This document shows positions 45,048-54,903 of a stretch of 64,000 nucleotides of DNA, one piece after another; the stretch's first letter is position 1; the number at the start of each line of letters is the position of its first letter. Position numbers and translations under genes: made by a program. The notes under the pieces are model-generated. The model was not told the DNA's origin. It searched no databases and worked only from the letters and a program-made list of their open reading frames with translations. This stretch comes from an uncultured delta proteobacterium (GTDB lineage Bacteria; Myxococcota; Myxococcia; Myxococcales; Anaeromyxobacteraceae). The stretch covers positions 144,555 through 208,554 of the forward strand of contig CAWJSR010000002.1 of assembly GCA_963845515.1 (NCBI GenBank). Reading direction: 5' to 3'.

Positions 45048-46193
45048 CTAGCGCGTCCCCAGGATCTCCCGCGCGATGATCATCCGCTGGACCTCGCTCG
45101 TCCCCTCGCCGATCTCGGTCAGCTTCGCGTCCCGGAACTGCCGCTCGACCGGGAACTCGTTGGTGTAGCCGTAGCCGCCGTGGATCTGCACGGCGTGGGT
45201 GGTCACCCACATCGCCGTCTCGCTCGCGAAGAGCTTCGCCATCGAGGCCTCCTTGCGGAACGGCCTCCCGTCCTCGGCGAGCCGCGCGGCGCGGTGGACG
45301 AGGAGCCTGGACGCGGCGGTGCGGGTGGCCATGTCCGCGAGCTGGAAGGCGATCGCCTGGTGCTCGGCGATCGGCTTTCCGAAGGCCGTCCGCTGGAGCG
45401 CGTAGCTCCGCGACGCGTCGAGCGCCCCCTGCGAGAGGCCGACTGCGAGCGCGCCGATGGAGATCCGCCCGCGGTCCAGGATCTCGAGAGTGTCGGTGAA
45501 GCCGTGGCCGACCTCTCCGAGCCTGTTCTCGTCGGGGACCTGCACGCCCTCCATCACCAGCTCGGCCGTGTCGGAGGAGCGCATGCCGAGCTTCCCGTGC
45601 ATCGGGTGCTGGGAGAAGCCCGGCATCCCCCGCTCCAGGACGAAGGCCGTGATGCCGGCCTGCTTGTGCGTCCGGTCGTCGCGCGCGAGCACCACGAAGA
45701 CGTCGCCGGCCGTTCCCTGCGTGATGAAGATCTTCTCACCGTCGAGCGCCCAGCCGTCGCCGCGACGGACCGCGGTGGTGGCCAGCGCGGCAGCGTCGGA
45801 GCCCGACCCCGGCTCGGTGAGCGCCCAGGCCCCCAGCTTCTCCCCGGTTGCGAGCGCCGGAAGCCAGCGCCTGCGCTGCGCCTCGGTCCCGAAGCGGGCG
45901 ATGTGGCCCACGCCGAGGCCGTTGTGGCTGGCGACGGTGAGCGCGAGCGAGCCGTCGTGGCGCGCCAGCTCCTCGATCACGACGGCGATCCCGAGCGCGC
46001 CGACGTCCGAGCCGCCGTACTCCTCCGAAATGGACATGCCGAGGAAGCCGAGCGCCCCGAGCTTCCGCACGGTCTCCAGCGGGAAGCGCGCCTCGGCATC
46101 CCAGCGGGCTGCGTGCGGCTTCACCTCCGCCTCGCAGAAGGCGCGGACGGTGTGCTGCATCTCGAGGATCTCTTCAGGGAGGTCGAAAAGCAT
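45048..46193 (-). CDS. Acyl-CoA dehydrogenase (short/branched chain)
   Basis: [39 protein letters not shown]. Confidence 0.9.
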   Translation of the reverse strand: MLFDLPEEILEMQHTVRAFCEAEVKPHAARWDAEARFPLETVRKLGALGFLGMSISEEYGGSDVGALGIAVVIEELARHDGSLALTVASHNGLGVGHIARFGTEAQRRRWLPALATGEKLGAWALTEPGSGSDAAALATTAVRRGDGWALDGEKIFITQGTAGDVFVVLARDDRTHKQAGITAFVLERGMPGFSQHPMHGKLGMRSSDTAELVMEGVQVPDENRLGEVGHGFTDTLEILDRGRISIGALAVGLSQGALDASRSYALQRTAFGKPIAEHQAIAFQLADMATRTAASRLLVHRAARLAEDGRPFRKEASMAKLFASETAMWVTTHAVQIHGGYGYTNEFPVERQFRDAKLTEIGEGTSEVQRMIIAREILGTR

Positions 46194-46261
46194 GCAGGAC
46201 CCCGTTTGCGCTGACGGCAGCAACAGCCCCACGAGGCTAGGATGTCCGTGGAGGGCCCGCG

Positions 46262-46958
46262 ATGCAAAAGCTCCAGCCGTCCGCAGCAGCCGCGGTCGCC
46301 GACGTCCCTGATGGGGCCACCCTGGTCGTGGGGGGGTTCGGCCTCTGCGGCAACCCCGAGCACCTCATCGCGGCGCTGCATGAGAAGGGGGTCAAGGGGC
46401 TCACCATCATCTCCAACAACTGCGGCACGACCGACCTCGGGCTCGGCGTGCTCCTGAAGGCGCGCCAGGTGCGGAAGATGGTCGCGTCCTATGTCGGAGA
46501 GAACCACGAGTTCGAGCGGCAGTACCTCTCGGGTGAGCTGGAGGTGGAGCTGGTCCCCCAGGGGACGCTGGCCGAGCGCTGCCGCGCCGCCGCCGCGGGG
46601 ATCGGCGGATTCTACACGCCCACCGGCGTCGGCACCCAGGTGGCCGAGGGGAAGGAGCGCGCGCGTCATCGACGGGCGCGAGCACCTGCTCGAGCTCCCC
46701 GATCCGGGCCGACTTCGCGCTGGTCAAGGCCTGGAAGGCCGACCCCTGGGGCAACCTCGTCTTCCGCAAGACGGCGCGAAACTTCAACCAGCCCATGGCC
46801 GGCGCCGCCCGGGTGACGATCGCCGAGGTCGAGGAGCTCGTCCCGCTCGGCGCGCTCGACCCCGACCAGATCCACGTCCCGTCGATCTACGTCCAGCGGC
46901 TCGTCCTCGGGACGGCGTACCGAAGCCGATCGAGCGGCGCACCATCCGGGCGAGGTGA
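46262..46958 (+). CDS. scoA: 3-oxoacid CoA-transferase subunit A (frameshifts near 46660-46700 and 46920)
   Basis: [28 protein letters not shown]; shifted frame [20 protein letters not shown]. Confidence 0.85.
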
Positions 46959-46960
46959 CC

Positions 46961-47618
46961 ATGCGCTCTAACTCGCGACCAGATCGCCCGCCGCGTCGCG
47001 CTGGAGCTTCGCGATGGCTACTACGTCAACCTCGGTATCGGCATGCCGACCCTGGTCTCCAACTTCGTCCCACCGGGCATCGAGGTGGTGCTCCAGTCGG
47101 AGAACGGGATGCTCGGCGTGGGCCCCTACCCCACCGAGGCCGAGGTCGACCCGGATCTCATCAACGCCGGCAAGGAGACGGTGACCGAGCTCCCGGGCAC
47201 CGCCTACTTCGGCTCGGAGCAGTCCTTCGCGATGATCCGCGGCGGCCACGTGGACCTCGCGATCCTGGGCGCGCTGGAGGTCTCCGAGCGGGGCGACCTC
47301 GCCAATTGGCTGGTCCCCGGCAAGATGGTGAAGGGGATGGGGGGCGGGATGGACCTCGTCGCCGGGGCGAAGCGCGTGGTCGTGATGATGGAGCACGCGA
47401 GCAGGGACGGCCGCCCAAAGCTCGTTCGCGCGTGCTCGCTCCCCCTCACCGGCGCGGCCTGCGTTCGCTCGGTCTGCACCGACCTCGCCTGGATCGACGT
47501 GACGCCGGAGGGGCTGGTCCTCCGCGAGCTGGCGCCCGGCGTGACGGTCGAGGAGGTCCAGCGGCTCACTGAGCCGAGGCTCCTCGTCCCGGAGCCGCCG
47601 CGGACGATGCCGGTCTGA
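46961..47618 (+). CDS. scoB: 3-oxoacid CoA-transferase subunit B (indel just after the start)
   Basis: [10 protein letters not shown], catalytic QSENG, INAGKE, GMGG.MDL. Confidence 0.88.
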
Positions 47619-47670
47619 GGGCACTCGCCGCTAGCGGTCACCTCAGTGGCGGCGACCGGGCGTCCATCGC

Positions 47671-47958
47671 TCACCCGCGGCGCTCCTCCCGGCTGTGCCA
47701 TACGCGAACGACGACGACCGCGTCCTCGTCGATACGGTACCTCAGGACGTACGCGCCACCACCAAACGGCGCGACGAGATCGCGGAACTCCTCGCCGTCG
47801 GCGACGAGCCCCAGCTCAGGCTGCTCCCGAAGCACCGCGGCGGCCTCCCTGATGCGGCGAGCGGCACGCGCCGCCGCGCTCGGGTTCTTGTCGCCGATGA
47901 ACTCGCGGAGCCGGATGAGATCCTTCACCGCCTCCGGCGTCCACCGCAGGGTCTTCAC
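47671..47958 (-). CDS. RelE/ParE-family toxin
   Basis: LRWTPEA..DL..L..FI...NP.AA; YVLRYRI...VVVVRVWH.RE. Confidence 0.85.
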   Translation of the reverse strand: MKTLRWTPEAVKDLIRLREFIGDKNPSAAARAARRIREAAAVLREQPELGLVADGEEFRDLVAPFGGGAYVLRYRIDEDAVVVVRVWHSREERRG

Positions 47959-48254
47959 CGCGAAACAGCCCTACGCTTGCGCGCCGGGGCGGACCGCTCG
48001 CGGGGGGTGCCCCACGTCTTCAGCCAGTTCTCCACGTCCTGGTCAGCGACGTGCTCGCCCGTCGCGTCGTAGCGGGCGAGGCGCTCGCGGGCCTCGCCCT
48101 TCTCCCGTTCGGCGTGCTCCTCGCGCTCGACGTACGTCCGGATGGCCTCGCACATCAGCCAGTGCGGCGTGCGTCGCTTCGCGTCGCCGAGCGCCTGGAG
48201 CCGCTTGCGCAACGCGGGCTCAATCTTCACGGCCATGTTCGCCTTCGCGCCCAT
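47955..48254 (-). CDS. CopG/RHH antitoxin
   Basis: VKIE..L..RL..L.....RTPHWLM.EAI..YV; 4-nt overlap with the toxin. Confidence 0.8.
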   Translation of the reverse strand: MGAKANMAVKIEPALRKRLQALGDAKRRTPHWLMCEAIRTYVEREEHAEREKGEARERLARYDATGEHVADQDVENWLKTWGTPRERSAPARKRRAVSR

Positions 48255-48274
48255 CACGACCTCTTGGTTACAAC

Positions 48275-48293
48275 ATACTACAGACAGGTAGTA
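48275..48293 (-). promoter_or_regulatory. TA promoter/operator: -10 TAGTAT overlapped by TACTAC-N6-GTAGTA
   Basis: Inverted repeat arms 48276-48281 and 48288-48293 in an AT-rich gap. Confidence 0.5.
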
Positions 48294-48309
48294 AGCGGCC
48301 AGCCCGAGC

Positions 48310-49085
48310 TCACGGCGCAGCCTCGGCGATGACCTGGCGAACCACGTTGGAAACCGCACCCGCCGGCTCGAGGCCGGCGACGATCCGCTCCAGCGTCGCC
48401 TGGAGCCCGTCCAGCTCCAGCCGGTCGAACGTTCGCCGTGCGTGCTCGTCCTCACGCCAGGTCATGAGGTTCGCCAGGTGCAGCTCGGCCATCTGCGGGG
48501 CCGGCACCTCGAACACGACCGCTCGCGAATCCAGCACTCGCCACGGTGAGCGCTCGAAGAGCGCGTCGAGCCTCCCTCCGATGTCGAGGGCCTGCCCGTG
48601 GTGACCCTGGAGCCGCGCGACGAGCTCGTAGTACCGGCGAAGGGCAGGGTGCTCCGCCCGGAGCGACTCGATCTCGTGGACGAGCAGGCGCCCGCCCGGC
48701 GCTGCTGCAGCCCAGGTTGCCAGCGCCGCGCCGGTGTCGCGCAGGTGGGTCAGGAGGAAGCGGCAAAGGAGCAGGTCTGGCTGGACCGGAAAGGGGGCGC
48801 TGGTGACGTCGTGCACCGTGAACTCGAGCCCGGCACCGTGACGGCGCCTCGCCTCGGCGATGAAGCGCTCCGAGGCGTCGAGCCCGATGGTACGGCGCGG
48901 CGCGAGGACCTCGCGCAGGAGGCGCGTGGGCAGCCCACGCCGCAGCCGAGGTCGACCGCCACCCCACACCGGGGAACGCCACCGCGCTCGAGCAGCGCGC
49001 GCGTGACCGGCTCGTAGAGCTCGGCCAGCCGCAGCAGCCTCGCAGCCGCCCGGTCGTCGTCGCCAAACGTGTATCGGTCGTTCAT
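48310..49085 (-). CDS. Class I SAM-dependent methyltransferase (frameshift near 48933)
   Basis: MNDRYTFG; motif I VDLGCGVG; shifted frame IGLDAS..FI, HDVT..PFP, CRFLLTHL, PGGRL. Confidence 0.8.
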
Positions 49086-49088
49086 GTC

Positions 49089-49195
49089 GTCGGGCCCGCG
49101 TTGGGGCCGACGCGAGCGGCGGCCCCGTCGGGCCGCCACCTTTCGTCGATCGGAGTCGAGAGGAGGGCGCCCGCTGCCTACGCGGAACGCCACCA
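49089..49195 (-). promoter_or_regulatory. Attenuator-like alternative hairpins between the Trp leader peptide and the methyltransferase
   Basis: 10-bp stem 49116-49139; competing pairing of 49157-49169 with 49134-49145; stem 49089-49111 next to the start codon. Confidence 0.6.
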
Positions 49196-49258
49196 GCCGC
49201 TGACCGCCGCGTTCGCGGCGGCAGGAGCAAGGAGCGGGCTGAAGCGGATCTGCACCAT
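49178..49258 (-). CDS. Trp leader peptide (TrpL-like), MVQIRFSPLLAPAAANAAVSGWWRSA
   Basis: 26-codon ORF with tandem TGG TGG (49190-49195) followed by three codons and TAG; promoter directly upstream; below the ORF-track size cutoff. Confidence 0.7.
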   Translation of the reverse strand: MVQIRFSPLLAPAAANAAVSGWWRSA

Positions 49259-49265
49259 CACTGGA

Positions 49266-49295
49266 AGGCTACCCGCGAGGCGCTCGCCCGGTCAA
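49266..49295 (-). promoter_or_regulatory. Sigma70-type promoter for a leaderless leader-peptide transcript
   Basis: TTGACC (49290-49295)-18 nt-TAGCCT (49266-49271), 7 nt before ATG 49258. Confidence 0.65.
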
Positions 49296-49300
49296 TGCCG

Positions 49301-52300
49301 CTACACCTTCTTCAAGGGGGTGGGCGTCAGGTAGGAAGCCCCCGCGGGCGCGGGGGCGAGGGGCGTGCCCGGCCCACCGGCCGCCGCAGGGCTCGCCTCC
49401 TCCGTGGCCGCCCCGCGCTCCTTCGCGATGAGCACGTAGATGGCCGGGACCAGGAAGAGCGTGAAGGCGGTGCCGACCGCCATGCCGGCGACGAGCACCA
49501 GGCCGATGCTGTTCCGTGCCTCGGCGCCCGGCCCGGTGACGAGCGTCAGCGGGAAGTGGCCGCAGACCGTCGCGACGCTGGTCATGAGGATGGGGCGGAG
49601 CCGCGTCGCCGCCGCCAGCTTCACCGCCTCGAGCTTGGAGCGGCCCTCCTCCTGGAGCCGGTTGGCGAACTCCACGATCAGGATCCCGTTCTTGGACACG
49701 AGCCCCACGAGCGTCACCAGCCCGACCTGCGAGTAGACGTTGAGCGTGGTGGTCCAGCCGTCCGTCCAGAACGGGATGTTGGGGTTCGGCATCTTGAGGA
49801 AGGTGAGGGTGAGCGCGCCGAACATGCCGAGCGGCACGGAGCCGGCCAGGATGACGAAGGGATCCCGGAAGCTGTTGAACTGGGCCGCCAGCACCAGGAA
49901 GATCAGCACCACGGCGAGCAGGAACGCGGGCAGGAACTTGTCCCCCTCGGTCCGGAGCTGCCGCGACTCGCCGGTGTAGTCGACGGTGTAGCCCGCCGGC
50001 AAGATCGCCGCGGCCTCGGTCTCCAGGAACGCGAGCGCCTCGTCGAGCGGGCGGAAGGCGACCCCGCTCAGCTTGACCGCGTTGAGCTGCTGAAAGCGGT
50101 TGAGCGAGCGCGGCGCGACCGAGTCCCTGAGCTTCGCGATGGCGGAGAGCGCGATCAGCTGGCCGTTGGGGCCCGTGACGTGGATGTCCTGGAGCTGCTC
50201 CGGCGTCATCCGCTCGGATCGGGGGAGCTGCGGGATCACCTTGTAGCTGCGGCCGGCGATGCTGAAGCGGTTGACGAAGCCGCCGCCCACGGCCGCCCCG
50301 AGGTCCTGTCCGACCGACTGCAGGTCGATCCCCAGCTCGGCGACCTTCTCCCTGTCCAGCTCGATCTCCGACTCGGGCTGGTCGACCTTCAGGTCGATCA
50401 GCGGCGGGAAGGCGAACATGCCGCTCGCGGCCGCCTTCTGCTGGAGCTGCTCCGCGAAGCCGAGGATCTCCGAGGCCTCGGCCGTCGACGCGATGACCAC
50501 CTCGACGGGGAAGGAGCCGCCGCCCGGGAGCGCCGGCGGGAGGATCGCGAAGGTCTGGATGCCCGGGATCTCCGAGAGCTTCCCCTGCAGCTCGGGGAGG
50601 ATCTGGAAGACCGACCGCTCCCGCTCGTTCCACGGCTTCATCCCCACGCCCCAGAAGCCCATGTTGGGGAAGGTGATCTGGAACGTGAAGCCGGCCTCGG
50701 GCAGGGCCAGCGCGTGGTCCTTGACGATGCGCGTCGACTGCGCGACCTGGTCGAGCGTCGAGTTGGCCGGCGTGTCGACGATGCCGAAGATGACCCCCTG
50801 GTCCTCGGTGGGGGCCAGCTCCTTCGGAGACTGCACGAACATGAGCAGCGAGAGGACCGAGATCGCGACCCACGCCGTGTAGATCGCCCTGCGCGAGCCG
50901 AGCGCGGTCTCGAGGTGGCGCTGGTAGGTCGCCTTGAGCCGGTCGAACCCCCGGTGGACGAGCCGGGAGAGCGCGTGCTCCTTCCCTGCCTTCCCGAGCA
51001 GGCCGGCCGACATGACTGGCGACAGGGTCAGCGCCACCACGCCGGAGATGGTCACCGCGCCGGCGAGGGTGAGCGCGAACTCGCGGAAGAGCGACCCGGT
51101 CAGCCCTCCCTGGAAGGCGATGGGGGTGTAGACCGCCGCGAGCGTGATGGTCATGGAGACGATCGGTCCGACCAGCTCCCGCGCGCCGCGCAGCGCGGCC
51201 TCCTTCGGCGTCGCGCCCTCCCTCAGGTGGCGCTCGACGTTCTCGACCACCACGATCGCGTCGTCGACCACCAGCCCGACCGAGAGCACGATGGCGAGCA
51301 GCGTCAACAGGTTCACCGTGAAGCCGAAGAGCTGCATCAGGAAGACCGCGCCGATCAGCGAGACGGGGATGGCGATCACCGGCACCAGCACCGAGCGGAG
51401 CGATCCGAGGAAGAGGAAGATCACCACGACCACGATCAGCAGCGTCTCGGCCAGCGTCTCCTCCACCTCCGCGATGGCGTTCTGGATGTAGCGGGTCCCG
51501 TCGTAGGCCACCGTGGCCGCCAGCTGCGGTGGGATCTCGCGCTGCAGCGAGTCGAGCTCGGCGCGCACGCGCCGGAGGACGTCGAGCGAGTTGGCGTTCG
51601 GGAGCGGCCAGATGCCGATGAAGACCGCCGTCTTCCCGCTGAAGGCGACGGCGGTGTCGTAGTCCTCCGCGCCCAGCGCCACGTCGGCGACGTCCCGCAG
51701 CCGGATCGCCGCGCCGTCCTGCTCGCGGACCACGAGCTGCTCGAACTCGCGGACCGTGCGGAGGTCGGTGTTGGCGGTGAGGTTCACCTGCACCAGCGAC
51801 CCCTTCGTCTGGCCGACGGCGGCGAGGTAGTTGTTGCGCGCCAGCGCCTGCCGCACCTGCACCGGGCTGACGTTGAGCGCCGCCATCCGGTCGGGCTTCA
51901 GCCAGATCCGCATCGCGAAGGTCCGGCCACCCAGGATGTCGGCCCGCTGGACCCCCTCGACCGCGGAGAGGCGCGGCTGCACCACGCGGACGAGGTAGTC
52001 GGTGATCTCGTTCTGCTGGAGCAGGTCGGAGGAGAAGCTGAGGTAGGCCGAGGCGAACTGGCTCTCCGCCGACTCGATGTTGAGGATCGGGACCTCTGCC
52101 TCCGGCGGCAGGTCGCTCCGCACCTGGTCCACCTTCGAGGAGATCTCGCCGAGCGCGCGGGTGGCGTCGAAGTCGAGCTTGAGCCGGGCCCGGATGATCG
52201 AGGCCCCCTGCTTGCTCTCCGACTCGATGTAGTCCACGCCGTCGGCCGCGGCGATCACGCGCTCGAGCGGCGTGGTGATGAACCCCCGGACGAGCGCGGC

Positions 52301-52465
52301 GTTCGCGCCGACGTAGGCGGTCGTCACGGTGACGGCCGCGCTCTGGCTCTCCGGGTACTGGCGGACGTTCAGGGACCGGATCGCCTGGAGCCCCGCGATC
52401 AGGATCGCCAGGTTGACCACGACGGCGAGGACGGGCCGGCGGATGAAGAGGTCGGTGAAGGTCAC
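49301..52465 (-). CDS. RND efflux permease (MexW/MexI-like)
   Basis: FIRRPVLA, GLVVDDAIVVVEN, KNGILIVEFA, RLRPILMT; 1054 aa. Confidence 0.93.
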   Translation of the reverse strand: MTFTDLFIRRPVLAVVVNLAILIAGLQAIRSLNVRQYPESQSAAVTVTTAYVGANAALVRGFITTPLERVIAAADGVDYIESESKQGASIIRARLKLDFDATRALGEISSKVDQVRSDLPPEAEVPILNIESAESQFASAYLSFSSDLLQQNEITDYLVRVVQPRLSAVEGVQRADILGGRTFAMRIWLKPDRMAALNVSPVQVRQALARNNYLAAVGQTKGSLVQVNLTANTDLRTVREFEQLVVREQDGAAIRLRDVADVALGAEDYDTAVAFSGKTAVFIGIWPLPNANSLDVLRRVRAELDSLQREIPPQLAATVAYDGTRYIQNAIAEVEETLAETLLIVVVVIFLFLGSLRSVLVPVIAIPVSLIGAVFLMQLFGFTVNLLTLLAIVLSVGLVVDDAIVVVENVERHLREGATPKEAALRGARELVGPIVSMTITLAAVYTPIAFQGGLTGSLFREFALTLAGAVTISGVVALTLSPVMSAGLLGKAGKEHALSRLVHRGFDRLKATYQRHLETALGSRRAIYTAWVAISVLSLLMFVQSPKELAPTEDQGVIFGIVDTPANSTLDQVAQSTRIVKDHALALPEAGFTFQITFPNMGFWGVGMKPWNERERSVFQILPELQGKLSEIPGIQTFAILPPALPGGGSFPVEVVIASTAEASEILGFAEQLQQKAAASGMFAFPPLIDLKVDQPESEIELDREKVAELGIDLQSVGQDLGAAVGGGFVNRFSIAGRSYKVIPQLPRSERMTPEQLQDIHVTGPNGQLIALSAIAKLRDSVAPRSLNRFQQLNAVKLSGVAFRPLDEALAFLETEAAAILPAGYTVDYTGESRQLRTEGDKFLPAFLLAVVLIFLVLAAQFNSFRDPFVILAGSVPLGMFGALTLTFLKMPNPNIPFWTDGWTTTLNVYSQVGLVTLVGLVSKNGILIVEFANRLQEEGRSKLEAVKLAAATRLRPILMTSVATVCGHFPLTLVTGPGAEARNSIGLVLVAGMAVGTAFTLFLVPAIYVLIAKERGAATEEASPAAAGGPGTPLAPAPAGASYLTPTPLKKV

Positions 52466-52484
52466 GGGGCACGCTCCATGCCGC

Positions 52485-53622
52485 TCAGCGGTCCACGGGC
52501 CGGGGCGCGAGCTCGGCCTTCGTCCCGAGCGCGTCGTTCAGCGCGACCGTCATGCCGTTCCTCAGCTTGAAGGCGCCGGCGCTCACGATGGTGGCGCCCG
52601 CGTCGAGCCCCGACTCCACCACGACGAAGTCGCCGCGCCGCTCCCCGAGCCGCACGAACTGCTGCCGGGCGACGGAGACCTTCCGGTCCGGCGCGAGCTG
52701 CTTCTCGTCGATCACGAAGACCGAGTCCCCGTACGGCGCGAAGATCACGGCGGTGGCCGGGATGACCAGCACCGACCGCGTCTCGTCGGAGACGATCTCG
52801 ACGCTCGCGAACATCCCTGGGCGGAGACGGCCGCCCGGGTTCTCGAGGGTGGCCTGGACACGCACGTTGCGGGTGCCTGGGTCGACCTCGGGGTTGATCG
52901 TCGTGAGCGACGCCCTCCCAGGACTCACCCGGGAAGGTGTCGACGCTCACGCGGACGCGCTGGCCCGCCTTCAGGTCGGAGAGCGCCTGCTGTGGCAGCC
53001 AGAACTCGGCGTGGATCGGACTCACCGACTGGAGCGACGCGATCGGCGCCCCGGCGCCGATCACCTGCCCCAGCTCGACCAGCCGGATGGAGATGCGGCC
53101 GTCGAAGGGGGCGCGGATGACCTTCTTCGCAAGGGTCGCCCGGATCGCCGCGACGGCCGCGTCCGCCTGCTTGGCGCGCGCCTCGGCGGCGTCCAGATCG
53201 GCCGGGGCGTTCGCGTCTGCCTCGCGGAGCGCCCCGGCCCGCGCCAGGCTGATCCGCGCCAACGCCGCGTCGGCCGTCGCCGCCGCGAGCTGCGCCTCCT
53301 CCGCCGAAGTGTCGAGCCGCAGGAGCACCGTCCCCCGGCGCACGAGGGCTCCCGGCTCGAACGTGATCTCGCGCACCAGCCCCGGGAGCTCCGCGCCCAG
53401 CGTGACGCCCCGCACCGCCACGAGCGAGCCGATCGCCGCGCGCTTCCCGGCCCACGAGATCCGCTCTACGCGGGCCGAGGCGACGGACGCCGGCGGAGGC
53501 CCCGCCCCGGCGCCAGCCTTCATCATGCTGCCGATCTGGCTGGCCTTGGTCCCGGCGAGCACGCCGAGAACGAGGAAGAGACCGACTACGACTCCGATCC
53601 AAAGACGGCTGCCGACTCTCAT
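52485..53622 (-). CDS. RND periplasmic adaptor / membrane fusion protein (frameshift near 52915)
   Basis: N-terminal TM, lipoyl halves, IRAPFDG; second frame INPEVD..TRNV, LRPGMF. Confidence 0.88.
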
Positions 53623-53783
53623 GGCCCTGTCCCTCGGTGGGGGTTCCACCGTGGGCGTGCAGAGCGGTTCTGGGTTAACGGCCGCGGCGCGCCGACGCTC
53701 GCGCAAGCCACCCGAAGCGCGCGTTGCTCCCCGTCGGGGACGCGGGCCGGCAGGTCGCGAACCCGCTCCGCCGGAAAGTCAGC

Positions 53784-54140
53784 TCAGGGCGGCAGCACCC
53801 TGCCCGGCAGGTGAACGATCGTCCGCTTCCTCATCCGAAGGCGTCCGTCGGCCCGCGCCGTGACGACCGCGCGGAACCGCGATCCGACCACCTCCTGGCG
53901 AACCAGGCGCATCCACTGCTTGAACTGGTCGTCGATCATCTCTCGGTGGTAGTTGAGCGGTCGCGACGCCGCGATGATCGGCGTCTTGAACGCCTCCGGC
54001 AGCATGCCGATCGAGAAATGGACGCGGGTCTTCTCGGGCGGCTCGACGATCCGAAGGAAGCCTCGGCGCCGGAGCGGGTCGTAGCTCACGATCGCGAGCG
54101 TCACTTCCCGGTCGAGTCCGGGCGCCACGGGATTCTCCAC
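53784..54140 (-). CDS. Hypothetical protein, 118 aa
   Basis: Protein-like composition; extended -10 TGcTAGAGT 7 nt before the GTG. Confidence 0.55.
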   Translation of the reverse strand: MENPVAPGLDREVTLAIVSYDPLRRRGFLRIVEPPEKTRVHFSIGMLPEAFKTPIIAASRPLNYHREMIDDQFKQWMRLVRQEVVGSRFRAVVTARADGRLRMRKRTIVHLPGRVLPP

Positions 54141-54276
54141 GACACGGACTCTAGCAGCGACGCAGCGTCCCCGCGCATCGACGGCATCTGCGCCCGCGAC
54201 GAGATCGTCGAGGTGGTCGAGCGTCCGGGACGCTGAGGGCGGAGCGGCGAGGGGCGGGGCCCGTTACGCTCCCGGC

Positions 54277-54862
54277 ATGACCCGCAACCGGCTCGAGGCC
54301 TTCAGCGACGGCGTCATCGCCATCCTCATCACCATCATGGTCCTGGAGCTGCGCCCGCCGGCGGGGACCGGCCTCGCCGACCTCGCGCCCCTCGCGCCGA
54401 AGCTCCTCAGCTACCTGCTCAGCTTCGTCTTTGTCGCGATCTACTGGAACAACCACCACCACCTGCTCCACGTCGTCGACCGGGTGGACGGGAGGGTGCT
54501 CTGGGCCAACATGCACCTGCTCTTCTGGCTGTCGCTCACGCCCGTTCGTCACCGCCTGGATGGGTGAGCACCACGCGGCGCCGGCGACCGTGGCGGCCTA
54601 CGGCGTCGTGCTGCTCGCCGCCGCCATCGCCTACTTCATCCTCACGCGCGCGCTCCTGGCGCTCCACCCGGCCGAGTCGCGCCTCGCACGCGCGCTGGGA
54701 GCCGACTGGAAGGGGAAGGCCTCGGTCATCGCCTACGCGGCGGCGGTGGCGATGGCGTTCGTGGAACGCCGCCTGTCCATCGCCATCTACGTGGCCGTGG
54801 CTCTCGTCTGGCTCGTGCCGGACAGGCGGATCGAGCGGGCGCTGGGGCTGGAGAGGCGGTGA
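54277..54862 (+). CDS. TMEM175-family (DUF1211) potassium channel (frameshift near 54541)
   Basis: RLEAFSDGVIAI.ITIMVLE; YW.NHH; WLVPDRRIE. Confidence 0.88.
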
Positions 54863-54903
54863 CCGGTGTTGGATAATCTCACGACTGCTGTTAGATTCTC
54901 CGC

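Noticed and set aside
49240..49275. CACTGGAAGG on the plus strand as a cobalamin riboswitch fragment
   Set aside because: Other conserved elements are missing and no plus-strand gene follows; the minus-strand leader peptide explains the region
49269..52570. Very long alternative-frame and antisense ORFs over the RND gene, ppdK, liuB and others
   Set aside because: Arg/Pro/Ala/Gly-rich shadow ORFs expected from extreme GC3 bias; no recognisable motifs
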